DNA of 64,000 nucleotides from NCBI GenBank assembly GCA_965248535.1, contig CBDFJR010000002.1:160001-224000 (forward strand). The letters are read 5' to 3'. Within the stretch, counting starts at the first letter, position 1; every line of letters begins with the position of its first letter. The notes beneath the pieces are model-generated. The model was not told the DNA's origin, made no database searches, and worked only from the letters and a program-made list of their open reading frames with translations. Shown here one piece after another: positions 19,178 through 30,278 of this stretch. The stretch comes from Phormidesmis sp. (GTDB lineage Bacteria > Cyanobacteriota > Cyanobacteriia > Leptolyngbyales > Leptolyngbyaceae). Made by a program: the position numbers and the translations under genes.

Positions 19178-20800
19178 ATGAACGTGCCATCTCAATCAGA
19201 CCAGATCATCATTTTTGATACGACTTTGCGCGACGGCGAGCAGTGCCCCGGAGCCACCCTTAACGTCGATGAAAAGCTGGCGATCGCTCGGCAACTGGCA
19301 CGACTTGGCGTAGATGTGATTGAGGCGGGGTTTGCCTATGCTAGCCCTGGCGATTTTGCGGCCGTTCAGCGCATCGCCAAGACCGTTGGCACCGCAGACG
19401 GCCCGATCATTTGCAGTTTGGCGCGGGCGATCGCCGCAGATATCAAGGCGGCGGCTGAAGCCCTCAAGCCTGCTGCCCATGCGCGAATTCACACCTTTAT
19501 CTCTACGTCAGATATTCATCTCGAATATCAGCTAAAGAAGACCCGATCGGAGGTGTTAGCGATCGCCGAAGAAATGGTCGCCTACGCAAAATCTTTTGTG
19601 ACCGATGTTGAGTTTTCACCGATGGATGCGGCACGGTCTGACCCAGGGTTTTTATATCAGGTGTTAGAGAGAGCGATCGCGGTCGGCGCAACGACCATCA
19701 ACATCCCCGACACCGTGGGCTATATGACACCGAGCGAGTTTGGCGACATGATTCGCGGCATCAAAGAAAACGTGCCGAATGTCGATCAGGCAGTCATTTC
19801 AGTTCACGGTCACAACGATTTGGGGCTAGCCGTTGCCTGCTTTTTAGAAGCGGTGAAAAACGGTGCACGGCAGCTAGAATGCACAATTAACGGCATTGGC
19901 GAACGGGCCGGAAACGCGGCCCTCGAAGAATTGGTGATGGCGCTGCACGTCAGACGGCAATATTTCAACCCGTTTTTGGGCCGCCCGGCTGAGTCAGAAA
20001 CGCCCCTGACTCGCATCAACACCCAAGAAATCTATAAAACCTCTCGTCTGGTGTCCAATTTAACCGGGATGCTGGTGCAGCCTAATAAAGCGATCGTGGG
20101 GGCCAACGCTTTTGCTCACGAGTCGGGCATTCACCAAGATGGAATGCTCAAAAACAAGCAAACTTACGAAATTATGGATGCTCAGTCGATCGGGCTGACC
20201 AGCAACCAGATGATTCTCGGCAAGCATTCGGGGCGCAACGCCTTTCGGACTCGTCTGAAAGAATTGGGCTTTGAGTTGGGTGACACCGAGCTAAACAAAG
20301 CATTTATTCGCTTTAAAAATTTAGCCGACAAGAAAAAAGAAGTCACCGATTGGGATCTTGAATCGATCGCCAATGACGAAGTGCAGCAGGTTCCTGAACT
20401 GTTCCGATTAGAGATGGTGCAGGTGTCTTGCGGCGATCGGGCCTATCCTACGGCAACGATTCGGTTGAGAAATCCCCAGGGCGAAGAACTCACCGACGCT
20501 GCCACGGGAACGGGCCCAGTCGATGCCGTTTATAAAGCCATTAACCGCGTTGTGAATGTGCCCAATCAACTCATCGAATTCTCAGTGCAATCGGTCACGG
20601 CGGGCATTGACGCGATCGGGGAAGTGACGATTCGGCTCAAATATGGCGATCGGATCTTCTCAGGTCATGCAGGCAACACAGATATTATTGTGGCATCGGC
20701 TCAAGCTTATGTGAATGCCCTCAATCGTCTCTATGCCGCCTTGCAGTCAACTCCGAGCGAACAAACACAAGACGAAGAAGCGGTGGTTGAAACTCGGTAA
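19178..20800 (+). CDS. leuA: 2-isopropylmalate synthase
   Basis: [33 protein letters not shown]-terminal regulatory domain. Confidence 0.97.
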   Translation: MNVPSQSDQIIIFDTTLRDGEQCPGATLNVDEKLAIARQLARLGVDVIEAGFAYASPGDFAAVQRIAKTVGTADGPIICSLARAIAADIKAAAEALKPAAHARIHTFISTSDIHLEYQLKKTRSEVLAIAEEMVAYAKSFVTDVEFSPMDAARSDPGFLYQVLERAIAVGATTINIPDTVGYMTPSEFGDMIRGIKENVPNVDQAVISVHGHNDLGLAVACFLEAVKNGARQLECTINGIGERAGNAALEELVMALHVRRQYFNPFLGRPAESETPLTRINTQEIYKTSRLVSNLTGMLVQPNKAIVGANAFAHESGIHQDGMLKNKQTYEIMDAQSIGLTSNQMILGKHSGRNAFRTRLKELGFELGDTELNKAFIRFKNLADKKKEVTDWDLESIANDEVQQVPELFRLEMVQVSCGDRAYPTATIRLRNPQGEELTDAATGTGPVDAVYKAINRVVNVPNQLIEFSVQSVTAGIDAIGEVTIRLKYGDRIFSGHAGNTDIIVASAQAYVNALNRLYAALQSTPSEQTQDEEAVVETR

Positions 20801-20871
20801 GTCGGCACCTCGTCGAAAATAGTGGTACTTTGTGGGGTGGCATTTGGTTCACCCCTTTTTTGTCAGGCGCT

Positions 20872-21672
20872 ATGCAAGAAGACGTGTTACGCAAAGAGCA
20901 AGACTTCCACGATCGCTGGGCTAGCACGATCGAGGTGGATGGCATTCGAGTCGCTGATTATTTTGAAGCCTGCACTGCCCCAGAAAATCGGTTTATTCTC
21001 CGACAACTGGGCGATGTCAAGGGTCAATATTTGCTCGATCTCGGCTGTGGTGCCGGAGAAAACAGCGTTTATTTTGCGCTACTCGGTGCGCGCTGTGTTG
21101 CGGCTGATTATTCACCAGGAATGGTTGAGGTAGCGCTAAAACTAGCCGAAATGAATGGTGTGCAAATTGAAGGACGAACGATTAACGCAATGGCGATCGA
21201 CTTTCCTGACAACACGTTTGATATCGTCTATGCGTCTAATTTGCTGCATCACATTCCTGACCCAAAACTCACGTTAAAAGAAATGCACCGAGTGCTAAAA
21301 CCGGGCGGCAAAGCCTGTTTTTGGGATCCGCTCAAGCACAATCCGGTGATCAATGTCTATCGGCGCATGGCTACCGAAGTCAGAACTGAAGACGAAACTC
21401 CGCTTGACATTAATTTGGTGAACTATATCCGATCGCTCTACTCTAAGACTGACTACGATACCTTTTGGATCGCGACTCTTTGGATATTTCTACAGTTTTA
21501 TCTGATTGAGAAAGTCAACCCCAACCGAGAGCGCTATTGGAAGAAGATCATTCTTGAACAGGCGCGGCTCGAAAAAACCTATCTGCGTTTAGAAAAGCTA
21601 GACCAATGGCTAAAAAAGCTGCCGTTCATGAAGCGGTTAGCCTGGAATCTAGCGATCGTCGCCACCAAATAG
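20872..21672 (+). CDS. Class I SAM-dependent methyltransferase
   Basis: LLDLGCGAG, NTFDIV, LHH, RVLKPGG. Confidence 0.9.
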   Translation: MQEDVLRKEQDFHDRWASTIEVDGIRVADYFEACTAPENRFILRQLGDVKGQYLLDLGCGAGENSVYFALLGARCVAADYSPGMVEVALKLAEMNGVQIEGRTINAMAIDFPDNTFDIVYASNLLHHIPDPKLTLKEMHRVLKPGGKACFWDPLKHNPVINVYRRMATEVRTEDETPLDINLVNYIRSLYSKTDYDTFWIATLWIFLQFYLIEKVNPNRERYWKKIILEQARLEKTYLRLEKLDQWLKKLPFMKRLAWNLAIVATK

Positions 21673-21684
21673 AGTTTGCCCCAA

Positions 21685-22518
21685 ATGAAACAACGCGCTC
21701 AGGTTTGGCGATCGCTTCTCAACTATGGTGTGTTGAGCACGATCGCGGTTTTCATGTTGATTCCGCTGGTCTGGCTGGTCAGCACCTCGTTTAAATCTCC
21801 ATCTGAAGACATTTTTCAGTTTCCGCCACAGTTGTTGCCGAGTCATCCCACGTTTAATAATTTTGTCACTGTTTGGCAGAGCAATCCCTTTGGGCAATAT
21901 TTGTATAACAGCACGATCGTATCCGTGTTGACGGTCGTGTTAAATTTATTGTTTTGCTCTCTGGCTGCTTATCCATTAGCAAGACTGAATTTTAAGGGGC
22001 GAGAAGTTATCTTTAGCGCGATCGTTGCCACGATTCTGATTCCGTTTCAGATTGTGATGATTCCCTTATATATTTTGACAGTGCAGTTGGGGTTGCGAAA
22101 TAGTTATTTAGGGATCATCTTTCCAGCGATCGCGTCTGCGTTTGGCATCTTTTTATTACGGCAGGCGTTTCAGGGAGTTCCTAAAGAGCTAGAAGAAGCC
22201 TCTCGAATGGATGGCTGCTCTGAGTTGGGCGTGTGGTGGCACATTATGTTGCCGTCCATCCGTCCAGCGTTGGTGACGTTATCGATTTTTGTGTTTATCG
22301 GATCTTGGAGCGATTTTCTTTGGCCCCTGATTGTCTTGGATCGCCCAGAGCTATACACCCTGCCGCTCGGAGTCGCCAACCTCGCCGGAACCTTTACGCT
22401 AGACTGGCGACTAATTGCGGCGGGATCGGTGATCTCGATCGTGCCCATTCTCCTATTTTTCTTGGCAATGCAGCACTATATCGTGCCGTCTGAAACCGGA
22501 AGCGGTGTGAAAGGATAA
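21685..22518 (+). CDS. Carbohydrate ABC transporter permease
   Basis: EAA loop ELEEASRMDG, WSDFLWPLIV, multiple TM helices. Confidence 0.92.
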   Translation: MKQRAQVWRSLLNYGVLSTIAVFMLIPLVWLVSTSFKSPSEDIFQFPPQLLPSHPTFNNFVTVWQSNPFGQYLYNSTIVSVLTVVLNLLFCSLAAYPLARLNFKGREVIFSAIVATILIPFQIVMIPLYILTVQLGLRNSYLGIIFPAIASAFGIFLLRQAFQGVPKELEEASRMDGCSELGVWWHIMLPSIRPALVTLSIFVFIGSWSDFLWPLIVLDRPELYTLPLGVANLAGTFTLDWRLIAAGSVISIVPILLFFLAMQHYIVPSETGSGVKG

Positions 22519-22529
22519 GCCTAGTGATT

Positions 22530-22616
22530 TAACGCGATGCACGACCTTTCTAGAACTGCCCAGAAGCAACCCTCACACCAGTTTGGGATGAGGGTTCTTA
22601 GTTGCACATTGCGTTA
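22530..22616. repeat. Small inverted-repeat element: imperfect 16-bp ends plus inner hairpin; MITE remnant or bidirectional terminator
   Basis: TAACGCGATGCACGAC vs reverse complement of GTTGCACATTGCGTTA (12/16); inner AACCCTCA...TGAGGGTT. Confidence 0.4.
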
Positions 22617-22701
22617 TTTAAGTAAATTGAAGGCTCAATAGTGACCCTAAGACAAGCTAAAAAAAATGCTTCAGAGATGACTTTTCTACAGACTGAGCAC
22701 G

Positions 22702-23298
22702 TTATTGTTGAATCAATGTCCTGATCATAAAATCTGAAATGGCGTACAAAGTGGTTCCCAGCCCTAATACGAAAAAAAGCATCAACGCAAACAAACTGTA
22801 CTGAGAACCCTCAAGTATTTTTAATTCTGGAAAGAACTTACTGAAAATACGAAATCCGTCTAATGGCGGAATCGGCAAAAGGTTAAATAAGCACAGCGCA
22901 AAGTTGGTTTGTGCACCCAAACGGAAAAACTCAACGCTGAGAAGATCGGTATGTAGTGCGATCGCTAAGAATCCAACAAACACCAACCCTAGCACCAGGT
23001 TAGACAGAGGCCCGGCTGCTGACACTAACACATCACCCCACTGACGCGATCGAAACTTAGCTGGATTCACAGGCATAGCGCCCCAAGCAATGCCACCAAT
23101 GCACAGAAAAATGATGGACTCCCAGCCCATATGCACGACTGGATTAAGCGTCATGTGTCCGGTTTGCTGTGGCGTATCGTCTCCTTGACTGATCGCTGCT
23201 AGACCATGGGCTAATTCATGTAGGCAAATCGAAAGAATGATGACGACGATTAACTGAAAATAGCGAATGGGATGCTGAGATAATAGTTGAAAAAGCAT
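22702..23298 (-). CDS. Site-2 protease (M50 family)
   Basis: HELAH, AAGPLSN, FNLLPIPPLDG. Confidence 0.92.
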   Translation of the reverse strand: MLFQLLSQHPIRYFQLIVVIILSICLHELAHGLAAISQGDDTPQQTGHMTLNPVVHMGWESIIFLCIGGIAWGAMPVNPAKFRSRQWGDVLVSAAGPLSNLVLGLVFVGFLAIALHTDLLSVEFFRLGAQTNFALCLFNLLPIPPLDGFRIFSKFFPELKILEGSQYSLFALMLFFVLGLGTTLYAISDFMIRTLIQQ

Positions 23299-23384
23299 TA
23301 GTTTTAGCTCCTTGAATGACACCCAAGAAAGTATTTTGATAGCGGAGACTTTCAACAACACTAGGCAAGAAAAGTCTATTGATT

Positions 23385-23561
23385 CTATTTCTCAGGTGAC
23401 TGATGAACAGGGAGCGATTGAGAGGATTGTGAAGGTATAGAACACCCTGAATAAATTTGAAATGCTGCAATAGCTAACACTGCGATCGTGGTTAATAGCT
23501 GCGATTTCTGATGGAGAGGCTGCCAAATCTTTCGAGTGTGTTGAGGCTGGCTTCCAGACAT
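23385..23561 (-). CDS. Small hypothetical membrane or lipoprotein
   Basis: Short ORF with one hydrophobic segment ending YSGC; no recognised family. Confidence 0.35.
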   Translation of the reverse strand: MSGSQPQHTRKIWQPLHQKSQLLTTIAVLAIAAFQIYSGCSIPSQSSQSLPVHQSPEK

Positions 23562-23813
23562 GGGTTGGTTCCTGATAGAGTTCAACGATTTCGTTATGCT
23601 CTATTAAGGTAATGTCCTAACAGATGGTTCTTGACTGGAGAATCTACTGAAATAGACGAGCAAACCTCTTCGATATTGCTATTTCTCCACATAAATGAGT
23701 CGCAACCGAGAGGGTTATTAACTGCAAAAGCGCACGCCTATTGACAACCGACCTGCGAGAAAAAGTCATCAGGTCAGCATCAGCCAAGTCGTTATGGATT
23801 AGTTAGAAAATCT

Positions 23814-26267
23814 CTATTTGGAGGTCAATTTAGGGTAAGCAATGCGCTGGTGATTAGATTGTTGCCAGACTTGGACAAAAATTTGAGCGATCGTGGTCAT
23901 CTCATCCCGCGTCAGACCCGTCTCGGCGAGTTGCCCATCTTGCCAACGAGCGCGCAGAATTTTGTTAATCATATTCAGTGCATCGTCAGGCGTGGCATCT
24001 TTGAGCGATCGCAGCGCCGCCTCACACGAATCGGCCACCATAACGATCCCCGTCTCGCGTGATTGAGGAGCCGGGCCCGCATAGCGAAAATCGTCATCAT
24101 TGACTGATTTAGTAGGGTCTTGCTGCGAGATCTGCTGCGCCTGATGATGAAAATAAGTGATCAGCATCGAACCCTGATGTTCAGGAATAAACGCCTGCAC
24201 GAGTTTTGGCAACCGAGCTTTGCGCGCCATCACCATGCCCTCAGTGACGTGCTTTCTAATAATCGCTGCACTCTTCCAAGGGTCGTTAATCAGATCGTGC
24301 TTATTGGGCCCGCCCATTTGATTTTCGATAAAGCCCTGCGGGTCGTGCATCTTGCCGATGTCGTGGTAGAGCGTTCCCGTTCTCACAAGTTCGACATTGC
24401 AGCCCAACTCTCGTGCAGCAGCTTCGGCCAGCGTCGCCACAAACAGCGTGTGCTGAAAGGTGCCGGGGGTTTCTGCCGCCAATCGTTTGAGCAAGGGACG
24501 ATTGGGATTTGCCAGCTCAACTAAGCGAATCGTGGTGACCAAATCAAACAGGTTTTCAAGATAGGGACTCAGCCCGATCGCGACCACACTCCACGCCAAA
24601 CCCAACAGCGCATTGATTGCAGTGGCTCCTAAAAGCTCATACCAGCCGATTCCAGAAGCCAGGCTGAGCATCAAAAACAGTCCACCTTGAGTTAACCCAA
24701 CCGCAATGCCTAAGAGAGCTAACTCTTCTCGCGATCGCAGCCTGCCCCCAAAAAAGGCCGCCAGCAAACCGCCCGCCACACTGGGCAACCCATGACTGAT
24801 CCCGATCGTCATCCCCATCGGCAGCAGCCCACTGATCAGCCCGGTGAGCGTTAGGGCCATTGCTGACCCATAAAACGTGCCCATCAGCAGCCCGATCGCA
24901 GGCAAATTGGTAGACGGAACGCCAAGCATGATCAGCATCGGTGTACTCAGCGTCAGCAGCCACACGAGAATATAGTCTCGATTGCGTAAACCCTTGACAT
25001 AAAAGCGGCGATCGACAAACCAAAACAGCACCACTGCCCCACTCACCAGCACTCCAAACGTGATAAACCCCAGCCAGTTAGTGCCTCTGAGACTGAGATT
25101 AAATGAGTCGAGCAGCACAAATTCTCTGGGCGTGATCGTTTGACCCGCTGCCACAATCACTTCACCCTGCCGAATTGAAATGATCTCTGGCTTGACTTCT
25201 TGAGCCGCTTGCTCTGCTTTGAGTTTGCTTTGCTCTTGATCTTTGACGAGATTGGGTTGCAGCGTCAGCAGCAGCAGTTTGGCCGTCAGCGATCGCCACT
25301 CTGGCGCAATGCCAACCTGAGTTTGCAGATTGACCGCGTTTTCTAGCAGACTTTGGGGCAACCCCGGCGAGATGCCTTGGGCGAGGATGCGATCGCTGAC
25401 TTGAGTGATTTGCATCTGCAACTGCTCCCAGTCAAGATCCGGCAGATCTAAAAAAGCCGCGTCATAAAGACCGCTAGATTGAGCCATCGCCGGATCTTTG
25501 AGGGTCGCGATCGCGCCAGCATAGAGTCGGCGGGCTTCGGTGACTTTATCGAGCACGATCGCCAGCGCTTGAGGGGTGGTCAGTCGGCGATAGGCTTGCA
25601 ACTCAGCGATCGCTTGACCTTGAGTGGTACTCGCGATCGTCACTTTGGGCAACGTCGGCGCAGGCTTGCCAGGAACCTGTTTAATGGGGGCTTTTTCCTG
25701 CAAGGCGGCTAAAATCCCTCGCCACTCGCCTTCTTCGGCCATTCGCAGATAGCGCTGGGTTTGAGCCGACAGCGTTTTGGTATCGACAAAGGGATAAGAC
25801 CCTGCCAGTTGCCGAAAACTGTTGCCCTTGGCAAAGGCCGCTTGCAGATCTTGGCGAATTTGATCATTAATTCGGGGATCGACCATTAAAACAGTTATGG
25901 CGATCGTGCGCGCCGCTTTCCGTTTTTCTTCGGTGGCTTTTGTGTCGATCACGGCTGCATCGGCAGGGGCGTGAATGGTCTGCGACGACACCTTGCCTGC
26001 GCTTAACTGCGGCTGATTATAAAAGCGTTGTCCAAAGGCGCTTGTGATCGAAATGACCATAATGGCGATCACAAGCGTGGGATGCGCCCCTTCTCGAAAG
26101 CTGAGTTGTCTTCGCAGACGCTTGCTGCCCTGCGACAGATTTGCCGATGCCGGGATCGAAGACAGAATCAGACGCGGCAACCCTGAATCTGCCTTCTGAC
26201 GCAAAGACTTGCCAGACCTAATGCACATCTGTTGAATTCGTCGTGTCAAAGACTGAAGAGATCGCAT
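23814..26267 (-). CDS. 7TM-HD (HDIG) membrane phosphodiesterase, PgpH-like
   Basis: PGTFQH, YHDIGK, EHQG, ADSCEAA; TM bundle and large extracellular domain. Confidence 0.9.
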   Translation of the reverse strand: MRSLQSLTRRIQQMCIRSGKSLRQKADSGLPRLILSSIPASANLSQGSKRLRRQLSFREGAHPTLVIAIMVISITSAFGQRFYNQPQLSAGKVSSQTIHAPADAAVIDTKATEEKRKAARTIAITVLMVDPRINDQIRQDLQAAFAKGNSFRQLAGSYPFVDTKTLSAQTQRYLRMAEEGEWRGILAALQEKAPIKQVPGKPAPTLPKVTIASTTQGQAIAELQAYRRLTTPQALAIVLDKVTEARRLYAGAIATLKDPAMAQSSGLYDAAFLDLPDLDWEQLQMQITQVSDRILAQGISPGLPQSLLENAVNLQTQVGIAPEWRSLTAKLLLLTLQPNLVKDQEQSKLKAEQAAQEVKPEIISIRQGEVIVAAGQTITPREFVLLDSFNLSLRGTNWLGFITFGVLVSGAVVLFWFVDRRFYVKGLRNRDYILVWLLTLSTPMLIMLGVPSTNLPAIGLLMGTFYGSAMALTLTGLISGLLPMGMTIGISHGLPSVAGGLLAAFFGGRLRSREELALLGIAVGLTQGGLFLMLSLASGIGWYELLGATAINALLGLAWSVVAIGLSPYLENLFDLVTTIRLVELANPNRPLLKRLAAETPGTFQHTLFVATLAEAAARELGCNVELVRTGTLYHDIGKMHDPQGFIENQMGGPNKHDLINDPWKSAAIIRKHVTEGMVMARKARLPKLVQAFIPEHQGSMLITYFHHQAQQISQQDPTKSVNDDDFRYAGPAPQSRETGIVMVADSCEAALRSLKDATPDDALNMINKILRARWQDGQLAETGLTRDEMTTIAQIFVQVWQQSNHQRIAYPKLTSK

Positions 26268-26509
26268 AGAGACTGACGGGTGAGGTGATTCAGAACAGCC
26301 CAATTGAGCAGGTTAACGAAGCGCTAATTAAATCGACTGTAATGCAAGTGTCCTATGGAATGGCTTTCCTCGGCTAAACTCACAGCATTATCTTGATTAT
26401 AAGAATTCACTCGCTAAAGGATGAGTATCCCTAACCCCCCACCCATCAAAAATTACACGTCATGGATGGGCATTGCCGCGCCTCAGCCTTCTGCAAACAA
26501 CCCACGATC

Positions 26510-27428
26510 CTACACAACTCGTCGGATCACCTGCGGAGCCGCGATCGCCGGAACTTGTCCAAATTCTTTTGAGAAGGTGAGCGGCTCATAAACGCCAGAC
26601 CATCTTGCCAACAGGCAATTTGCTAGATTCAAAAGCTCAGGCTGGGTCGTGATTTCTTCAGAAGAAATCTCCCAAGCATCCAGCGCTAGCTGCCAGTCGA
26701 TCGGAATGCCACTCAGGCTGTTAAATGCCCCCGATAATGCCCCTGTGAGCGCTCCCACCAACGGCGCACACGGCCCTGTCTGTGCGGCTCTCAGCAAGGC
26801 TAACCGCAGATCATAGGGAGTGCTGAGAAAACAGTAGAACGCCAGAGCGATCGCTGCGTCATGATCTGAATTCGTGCTCACCCGATCGCAGGCAGTTTCT
26901 AACCCTGCTTGCTCATCTAACAGACGTTGAACTTGCTCAAACGGATGACTGCTGTTTGTCGCGTCTCTACTCAAAGACGTGAGACGGCTCGATCACCGTT
27001 GCCATCAGAGTGTGGGGATCGAGCTTTTCTTGCAGAGCGTCAGCGATCGCTCCCGCCACCGCAAAACTCTCTTGCTGGGCGATCGCCGAAGGCTGCCAAA
27101 CTGCCGTCTGTTTAAGGGTTTGCTCCAGTTTTTGACGGTCTTCGTGAAAGAACAGCACAATCGGCAAGAGCGCAACGATCGTTTCTCCGGCGGTTTTTGG
27201 CAGCGGTTTCTCGCCAAACTCCACCCGGTCAAAGCGGGTCGGCTGAAGCATCTGCTGTGTGTAGAACTGAGTCAGAGCCGCCCATTGCAGCCTGGTCTGA
27301 GGCGTTTTAGAACCTGACCTCCGACCTAAAGCGGGCATGTTTGGCCGAAGACGCTGAAGCCCGATCGCTTCTCCTAAAACTGCCCCAAACAGAGTGGCTT
27401 GAAATCGATGCAGAAGCGCGTATTGCAT
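26510..27428 (-). CDS. ADP-ribosylglycohydrolase-like protein, split by an apparent +1 frameshift near 26986
   Basis: RFQATLFGAVLGEAIG N-terminus and GALTGALSGA...GIP..W C-terminus; removing one C gives continuous IERLTSLSRD. Confidence 0.75.
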
Positions 27429-27487
27429 GAGTTTGAAGTTTATCGCTTAAAATAGCTCTGTCTCAATTCTGCTGAGGGTCAAGTTTC

Positions 27488-28195
27488 ATGAATCGATGCC
27501 TGATCAATGCCCCAAACGTCAGCGCTCTCTCACGGTGGGGGCTGTTTTGCGGCACCTTTGGGTTAGTGTGTCTGAGCGGTTTGAGTGCTCAAAGCTTTGA
27601 TGTTGACCGTGCTTTAACCATATCGCAAGCTTCCCCTTCGCAGCCTTCTAATTCTGTAGCGGCCGGTGAGAGAATGGGTCGAGCGATTTTGAGATCGGGC
27701 AGTCGGGGCACTGATGTTAACGAGCTTCAAGCCACCCTAAGACTGCTGGGGTTTTATGACGGCGCGGTAGATGGCTTTTTTGGAGACAGCACCGTCGCGG
27801 CGGTGGGGCGATTTCAAGAAGCGGCTGGGGTCGGCAAAGACGGCATTGTCGGGCCCGCCACCTGGGAGCGCCTGTTTCCTCCTGACGTGATCGTGCCCAC
27901 TCCGACCGTTACCCCCCGCGCCCCTGACCTGACGCGATCGGGCGAGACGACTCCTAAACCGCAGCCCGCAGTGGCTCCTACGTCTGCCGCTTTTCCCATT
28001 CTCAGAAAAGGCATGAGTGGCGATGCCGTGAGAGGATTGCAGGAACGGCTACGATCGCTAGGCGTGTTTGAAGGCACGATAGACGGTGCGTTTGGTGAAG
28101 CCACCGAAACCGCAGTTAAAGCGGCGCAGCGCAAATATCAGCTTGATCCCGATGGTGTGGTGGGGCCCGGCACCTGGAGCGCAATTTTGCGCTAA
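27488..28195 (+). CDS. Peptidoglycan-binding domain protein (two PG_binding_1 domains)
   Basis: LRSGSRG..V.ELQ...DGIVGPATW pattern twice. Confidence 0.9.
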   Translation: MNRCLINAPNVSALSRWGLFCGTFGLVCLSGLSAQSFDVDRALTISQASPSQPSNSVAAGERMGRAILRSGSRGTDVNELQATLRLLGFYDGAVDGFFGDSTVAAVGRFQEAAGVGKDGIVGPATWERLFPPDVIVPTPTVTPRAPDLTRSGETTPKPQPAVAPTSAAFPILRKGMSGDAVRGLQERLRSLGVFEGTIDGAFGEATETAVKAAQRKYQLDPDGVVGPGTWSAILR

Positions 28196-28580
28196 AACGA
28201 GATTTTTTTGATGATTATTTCGTCTGATTAACTGATATAAACTTTGTCAAACAAGAGCGCTTTAATTCTGATTTAGGTGATAGCTTAAACATAGACACAA
28301 AAGAAGCAAAGCGCTTCTCTCACCAAACACTTTCGATTAAGGCGTGTGTCTCCTGCTTTAATCAAATTGCAGAGCCTGATTCTGTTGATAATGATTTCAA
28401 AGATTAGTTTGAAGAAGTCTCACTTCACTTCAGATTTAAATATTTGAGACTTAAACTCTTCGCTAAAAGTGCAGCCTGAATTGGCTGAAAATCTGGTCAA
28501 TAAGCGGTGCTGTTGCAACGTCAACCCTACTTTATCCTTCATTGATTGATCCAACTAAAGCTGTTTAGTCTACTGCTCTT

Positions 28581-28612
28581 AAAGGGTCTAGCCATCTTCT
28601 GCTAGACCCTTT
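28581..28612. terminator. Bidirectional intrinsic terminator
   Basis: AAAGGGTCTAGC-N8-GCTAGACCCTTT perfect 12-bp stem. Confidence 0.75.
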
Positions 28613-28666
28613 GCCGTTTAAATCGTGATGCGTTGAGCATGAAACTCGCTGTGTAGAACCCAGTGC

Positions 28667-29158
28667 CTACTTTTGCTGAACGAATTTTTGAATCTCCTGA
28701 CGCAATTGAGGATTTTTTTGGGCGGCTTCAAAAATTTGGTTAAAGCGCGGCACGTCTAACCCTTGAGCTTGAACTGCTTTCTCCATCTTGGTATCACTGT
28801 CTTTTTGAATCTGCATCAGTTTGGTCACTACCCGATCGTAGCCTTGCCGCTCTTTGGGCTGAATTTGAACCGTAGGCACGACCTTGGGATCTCGCTGCGA
28901 CTTATAGATTTCGTCAAATCGCTGTTCGGTTAACCCTTCACCTTTGAGGGCTTGTGCCGCCTCTGTTTCAGATGCCCGGTTGATCACCAAAATCTGCTTA
29001 ATCGCACTCGCAAATTTCTGCACTTCTTCTTTGCTGACGGGGGTGGTTGGGGTTGCCTGGGGCGCAGGAGCCGGGCCCGGAGTCTGTGCCTGAGCCGGGA
29101 AGTGAGCAGCACCGACTAAGACAGCCGTGCAGCAAGCAACCAAAACACGTTTGACCAT
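28667..29158 (-). CDS. DUF4168-like exported protein
   Basis: Signal peptide, VSKEEVQKFA, two GL..RF..I units; GGAG RBS before ATG 29158. Confidence 0.75.
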   Translation of the reverse strand: MVKRVLVACCTAVLVGAAHFPAQAQTPGPAPAPQATPTTPVSKEEVQKFASAIKQILVINRASETEAAQALKGEGLTEQRFDEIYKSQRDPKVVPTVQIQPKERQGYDRVVTKLMQIQKDSDTKMEKAVQAQGLDVPRFNQIFEAAQKNPQLRQEIQKFVQQK

Positions 29159-29551
29159 GTTGAATTCTCCATAGACGTTAGGGGTGAGCTTGTGCCAACT
29201 CTGCATTTCAAGGCTGCTGATCGACAACGGCTTTGAGATCAATAGTGACGCACCCTGACCAATGGTATCGAGAATTATCTAAATCAACATCCGCTCGTGA
29301 CAGTTCTCTAGAGTATCTCGCGATCGCTCGATTTCTCTCTCTGGGCATAGGTGGGCGATCGCAAGTCAGAACCCTTGACAGAGATAACTTTTTGAGCGCG
29401 CCGATACAAGTTAGAGACGCAGGTGACGTGATGGATCACTTGACGTTTCTATCGAGAGACCGCTTAAATCTAGCGCAGGTTCCATCTATTGACCCTCTTG
29501 AGGTCAGACAAAAGCCACTGCGTCTACACCATTACGCACGAGTTAACCTCT

Positions 29552-29920
29552 ATGCAGTCTGCTGATTTTACTCCGCCCGCCGACTCTCTTATTCTTGCTC
29601 AATCGTCCCTGACTGAATCTCGTCCTTTATCTGCATCTCAAAGTACGGCGATCGTGACTCAAGATGCAGCACTGTTAATCATTCCGCTTGGCTTTGTAGC
29701 CATCTGGGCAGCCGTAGTCTGTGTATTATCTAACACTTGGAAGCCCAGTCGCAAAGAGACTGAAAATAGCAAACACACGGCTCAACTTCCCTGTAAAAAG
29801 TGCGTTTACTTTAACAATAATCCCTATATAAAATGTGCGGCTAACCCCCATATTGCGATGACAAAAGCTGCCAAAGATTGTGGTGATTTTCACTTGCGAG
29901 ATAGCAAGCCACTGCGTTGA
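29552..29920 (+). CDS. Hypothetical membrane protein with C-terminal four-Cys cluster
   Basis: One TM helix, then PCKKCVYF...KCAANP...DCGDF. Confidence 0.7.
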   Translation: MQSADFTPPADSLILAQSSLTESRPLSASQSTAIVTQDAALLIIPLGFVAIWAAVVCVLSNTWKPSRKETENSKHTAQLPCKKCVYFNNNPYIKCAANPHIAMTKAAKDCGDFHLRDSKPLR

Positions 29921-29964
29921 GAAGCCATCTCAAACTAGGGGTCAGCAGGGAGGATTGATGATGG

Positions 29965-30030
29965 GTTAGATGGGTTAGCGATCGCGCAACTTCGGCTAAT
30001 GCTGGGTTTCATGCTTTAACCCAACCTACG
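29965..30030. repeat. GTAG-type REP-like inverted pair (degenerate)
   Basis: Minus strand GTAGGTTGGGTTAAAGCATGAAACCCAGCA; plus strand TTAGATGGGTTAGCGATCGCGCAAC. Confidence 0.55.
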
Positions 30031-30278
30031 AGCATCTTCATCAGCAATAAACTTTCTTGAGTTGCTGTAGGGGTTTCAGCGTTTAAGAGCGCAACTCCAA
30101 GCTTCAAACGGGTGGTAAGTCTCTAACGATCGTTCCGGGTCAAGCTAGTCCATAGGTGGATCTTGATCAAGAAGGCACTGTTCACTGACTGATCGCGTCA
30201 GCTTTGCCTGTAGACTAAAGGGCTAGAAAAGTTTGACCCTTTACTCTTAACGATCACGATTTAAACGCTCAGTGATTC

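Noticed and set aside
26510..27428. Two separate genes
   Set aside because: The halves correspond to the N- and C-terminal parts of one ADP-ribosylglycohydrolase-like fold and join by removing one base
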